NCBI GenBank assembly: GCA_027341315.1
Contig: DAIENA010000015.1
Coordinates: 6,742 to 13,033 of the forward strand
Origin: an archaeon
GTDB lineage: Archaea; Nanobdellota; Nanobdellia; Pacearchaeales; GW2011-AR1
Length of the DNA: 6,292 nucleotides
Reading direction: 5' to 3'
In this document: positions 5,672 to 6,292 of the stretch, piece after piece
Position numbering within the stretch: position 1 is the stretch's first letter
Layout of the letters: each line of letters starts with the position of its first letter
Position numbers and translations under genes: made by a program
Notes under the pieces: generated by a model
Seen by the model: the letters and a program-made list of their open reading frames with translations, nothing else
Told to the model about the DNA's origin: nothing
The model's database searches: none

Positions 5672-5687
5672 AAAGTTTATAAACTTT
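5672..5687. promoter_or_regulatory. Perfect 16-bp palindrome AAAGTTTATAAACTTT containing a TATA-like core, upstream of the second hypothetical gene
   Basis: AAAGTTTA is the exact reverse complement of TAAACTTT. The centre lies 25-26 nt upstream of the ATG at 5705. The palindrome itself is certain, but its role as promoter or operator is inferred. Confidence 0.4.
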
Positions 5688-5704
5688 AATAACCTAAAAG
5701 GGGG

Positions 5705-6046
5705 ATGAATGAACAAGAACAATTAAAGTATAATTACCATTTATATTTAGAGATTGCAAAAGGGCTTCCTCAACAGATGAAAAATTGTGGAGCTTTTAGA
5801 TTAGGATTCTATTTAAATAATCGAGAAGGATTTTTTCTAAGCAATGGAAAAATCCAAACAGATATACCTTTCGAATATTGCAATCTCAATGAAGTAAATA
5901 AAATTCTCGAATTTTATTTTAGTCATGATAAACCCATTAATAATCTAAAACAAGTTTCTCCTTCTCAAATGGAAAAATTAAAAGATGCAATAAAAAATGC
6001 TCAAGGAAGTTTGGAAGAATTATTTTTTTATGACAAAGATAATTAA
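5705..6046 (+). CDS. Hypothetical protein, 113 aa, no recognisable family
   Basis: It is the only long ORF in the interval. The ATG is directly preceded by AAAGGGGG (5697..5704), with a palindromic TATA-like element centred about 25 nt upstream. A T8 run follows the TAA stop immediately. There is no TM segment or signal peptide and no motif I recognise. Confidence 0.55.
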   Translation: MNEQEQLKYNYHLYLEIAKGLPQQMKNCGAFRLGFYLNNREGFFLSNGKIQTDIPFEYCNLNEVNKILEFYFSHDKPINNLKQVSPSQMEKLKDAIKNAQGSLEELFFYDKDN

Positions 6047-6292
6047 TTTTTTTTAACTTCGATTTTCTTCTCACCATTCATGTAATTTTGCAAAACCGCA
6101 GGGATTAAAATCGAACCGTCTTTTTGTTGAAAATTCTCCATTAAAGCAATTAATGCCCGTGGAGAAGCAATAACTGTGTTGTTAAGTGTGTGAACAAAAT
6201 AAGTTTTACCGTTTTTTTCGGCCCGGATATTAAGCCTTCTTGCCTGCGCGTCTGTTAAATTCGAGCAACTTCCAACTTCAAAATATTTTTTT
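6043..6292 (-). CDS. serS: Seryl-tRNA synthetase, C-terminal fragment (5' part lies beyond the right window edge)
   Basis: Not in the ORF track. My hand translation of the minus strand from 6291 gives KKYFEVGSCSNLTDAQARRLNIRAEKNGKTYFVHTLNNTVIASPRALIALMENFQQKDGSILIPAVLQNYMNGEKKIEVKKN*. This matches the SerRS C-terminus, including SCSN-x-DxQARR and class II motif 3 with the invariant Arg, then ENxQ..DGSI.IP.VL..YM. Stop is TAA at 6045..6043. Confidence 0.85.
   Translation of the reverse strand, partial: KKYFEVGSCSNLTDAQARRLNIRAEKNGKTYFVHTLNNTVIASPRALIALMENFQQKDGSILIPAVLQNYMNGEKKIEVKKN
6047..6054 (+). terminator. T8 run immediately after the stop of the second hypothetical gene (archaeal-style oligo-T terminator candidate)
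   Basis: TAA (6044..6046) is followed by TTTTTTTT. The run lies inside the last codons of the convergent serS gene (K-K-N on the other strand). Confidence 0.35.

Noticed and set aside
5117-6046. Lower GC in the ORFan region as evidence for a foreign island
   Set aside because: My hand counts on 120-nt samples gave about 30-32% GC in the two ORFans and about 42% in a gap sample. However, a methyltransferase sample (121..180) was about 25%, and pgk 3361..3420 was under 10%. Composition varies as much within housekeeping genes, so it does not support horizontal origin. No flanking direct repeats, tRNA or integrase are present.
1-6292. CRISPR arrays, transposons/IS elements, integrases, prophage genes, rRNA/tRNA genes
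   Set aside because: I found no regularly spaced direct repeats, no terminal inverted repeats flanking a transposase-like ORF and no tRNA-like cloverleaf segments. Every long ORF is accounted for by the calls above.

Overview
This is an AT-rich, very gene-dense window with nine protein-coding genes, the last cut by the right edge. I see no rRNA, tRNA, CRISPR array, transposase, integrase or long repeat. Stop codons are TGA or TAA in every gene, so the standard genetic code applies. Most of the content is central carbon metabolism. (1) A minus-strand, translationally coupled trio runs PfkB-family sugar kinase (1533..2435), then archaeal-type class I (DhnA-family) fructose-bisphosphate aldolase (784..1536), then a class I SAM methyltransferase (71..787). 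Both junctions are ATGA start/stop overlaps. (2) A second minus-strand pair runs type-I (bacterial/eukaryotic-type) GAPDH (4124..5116), then archaeal-type phosphoglycerate kinase (2963..4117), 6 nt apart. Between the two units, on the + strand, lies a Nudix-fold gene (2536..2961) whose Nudix box keeps its spacing but has lost the Arg and both Glu of REUXEE (NEIKKK). On the right are two small + strand ORFs with no family I can recognise (5324..5638, 5705..6046). After them comes the 3' end of seryl-tRNA synthetase on the minus strand (6043..6292), which is missing from the ORF track and which I translated by hand. The archaeal-type PGK, the TATA-like A/T boxes about 25-31 nt upstream of first-gene ATGs, the oligo-T runs right after stop codons and the tight packing suggest a small-genome archaeon (DPANN-like). 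A CPR-type bacterium cannot be excluded from this window alone. I do not see convincing evidence of a discrete novel system. The parts worth a second look are the degenerate Nudix protein, the domain-chimeric gap-pgk pair, the kinase-aldolase-methyltransferase coupling, the ORFan pair, and the palindromes in the two right-hand intergenic regions.
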